From positions 1 through 18,222 of the forward strand of contig JBGPFC010000055.1 in the NCBI GenBank assembly GCA_041483195.1: a DNA stretch of 18,222 bases. The letters are read 5' to 3'. The DNA comes from Candidatus Eiseniibacteriota bacterium. GTDB taxonomy: Bacteria > Eisenbacteria > RBG-16-71-46. The position numbers and the translations under genes are program-made. Below the pieces are notes generated by a model, which worked only from the letters and a program-made list of their open reading frames with translations, searched no databases and was not told the DNA's origin. Positions 16,521-18,222 of the stretch are shown here, in pieces (positions within the stretch are counted from its first letter, which is position 1; every line of letters begins with the position of its first letter).

Positions 16521-18222
16521 ATGCTGCTCCACAATGTCCTATACGCTCGTTCCCTCGTACTCGCGGCAGTTCTCTCGATTGCTTCGGCATCGCTCGCGCG
16601 AGCGGATTGCGGTGGGTTTGGCCCGATGGGATCCACCCCAGAACCCAATGTGCTGTGGTCCCTGAAGGACTCGGTTTCCGCGTGCCCTGCCGCTGACTCG
16701 GTGCTCGCGGGGCACCCATCGCGGCTGAGGATCAAGGTCTACTACTCGGACGACGCGTGTGACGCGAAGACGGGTGTGCCGCCGGAATCCATCTGGGTGA
16801 CGACGACCGTCCCGAGCGGCAACCTTGTCGCGAACGATCAGCCCAAGATTTTCGCCGACGACTCCACCGATGCCTCGGGCATCACCCGCGTCACGATCGT
16901 CAGCCTGTCGGGCTGCGGGACGCTGCGCGTCAAGCTCTACGTGACGGGCGTGTACCAGGGCTACCTCGACGCCAGGGTGCGCTCGACCGACACGAACGGC
17001 GACGGGCGAACGAACTCCAGCGATACCACCAGCGTCTGTGATCTCGACTACAACGGAGCGGTCAACAGCTCCGATGTCTCTCTCGTGAGAGAGCATCTCG
17101 AGGACTCCCACCGCAATGCGCTCTTCGGCACCCAGGTCCGGCGCACGAACCTCTGCGGCGCCTGCTCCAACGGCGCTGCCAACACGATAGGTGACGGCGT
17201 TATCGGCTGGTCACCGAACGGAACCCGACTCGCCTACGAGCGGCGCAATGCGTCCAAGCAATGCACCATCATGTTCACGCCCTCCGATCCGACCGCCGGG
17301 AACGAGTCAAGGCAGCTCAGCTTTCCACCCCCGGGACCACGGGACGACTACGACCCCAGCTGGGCCCCGCTCGGCGACCAGGTCGTCTACGGCCGCGGCG
17401 ACAGCCTGATCCTCCGCAAGGGGGTCCCCGACATCGCGTCCGATACAACCGAAGTGGTCATTCCCGTGACTGTGGTCTTCTTGCACCTAACAAACGAATC
17501 GATTTCGCCGGACGGGAGCCTCGTTGCATTCAGCGCGCAGGTGACGAATGCTGATCACTTTCATATATTTACGGTGCCCGTGACCGGTGGGATTCCAAAG
17601 CAGATCACGAGCGGCTCGACTGACGATCGTTACCCGGAGTGGTCGCCGGACGGTAAGACGATCGTGTTCTATCGCAACCTGACCTCGGCAACCGCGGCTG
17701 TCTACAGTGTGCCGGCGGATAGTGGCACGATCACGACGGTCTATGCCCCTGCGTCCGCGAAGGCCCGGCTTCCCCATTACTAGCCAGATTCGGCTATCTT
17801 TACGATGTCGTACCAGGTAGGCAGCGCGGCTCCGTACACGCTTGCTCGCGATACGACGATTTCATCCTCGACCCGGTCGATCGCGAACTATCCAAGCTAC
17901 GGCTACGCAACGCTGACTCCGAAGCTCTCGCCGGATGGAACGCGGCTCGCCCTGCTGTCAACCGTGCCGGGGAGTTCGGACGTCACGCCTCAGATGTGGG
18001 CCGTGCGCCGGAACATGAACCTGCCGCCACAGTTCACGTCGATCGGCGGCCAGTCCGTCGCCGACACCACGCCAAGCGTGGCCATCTCGATGAACCAGAA
18101 CCACACGAACAACGTGGTGGTTTCCGCCAGCGACCCAGAGAGCGACGCTCTGACCTATGCCGCGTATTTCCTGCATGACGGCATGAGTTTCACGCCCACG
18201 ACTCGCACCCTGTCGTGGTACC
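16521..18222 (+). pseudogene. Large secreted protein (Ig-like N-terminus, dockerin/EF-hand-like pair, PD40/TolB-type propeller, cadherin/He_PIG-like Ig domain) interrupted by an in-frame TAG at 17781-17783; runs off the window
   Basis: AGGAGG RBS and signal peptide ..SLARA|D. Ca-loop-like DTNGDGRTNSSD and DLDYNGAVNSSD. Repeats WSPNG, PSWAPLG, ISPDG and PEWSPDG. After the TAG the same frame continues for 146 codons (PDSAIF..PKLSPDGTRLA..NLPPQF..ASDPESDALTY..RTLSWY) with no stop. Confidence 0.75.

Noticed and set aside
17781..17783. Genome-wide TAG reassignment
   Set aside because: Several neighbouring genes end cleanly at TAG immediately after their last domain.
1..18222. CRISPR arrays, tRNA/rRNA genes, tandem DNA repeats
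   Set aside because: None seen. Repeated DNA similarity is confined to the two EEP paralogs and the CTD-coding segments.

Overview
High-GC bacterial window (roughly 70% by eye) dominated by exported and surface proteins. It encodes a 5'-truncated galactose-oxidase-type protein, a tandem-HD (HD-GYP-like) phosphodiesterase, two tandem EEP-fold nucleases/phosphatases and a small Cys4 protein. These are followed by a very short PEP-CTERM protein with a near-consensus sigma-54 promoter and a terminator, a GT-C membrane glycosyltransferase with TPR repeats coupled to a LamG lipoprotein, and an S8 subtilase. The window ends with a GNAT acetyltransferase, a BNR/sialidase-like lipoprotein and a large dockerin-like/PD40/Ig protein. 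That last gene is interrupted by one in-frame TAG at 17781-17783, and its frame stays open to the window end. Four proteins share a C-terminal PNP...D..GR.V...W...G.YF (FlgD-Ig/T9SS-type) sorting domain. This suggests an FCB-group organism, possibly Ca. Eisenbacteria-like (inference). The leading hypothesis is a surface-protein sorting plus O-glycosylation neighbourhood: T9SS-like C-terminal domain (CTD) cargo, PEP-CTERM, GT-C/TPR and many D-S/T-hydrophobic sequons. No rRNA, tRNA, CRISPR array or mobile element was seen.
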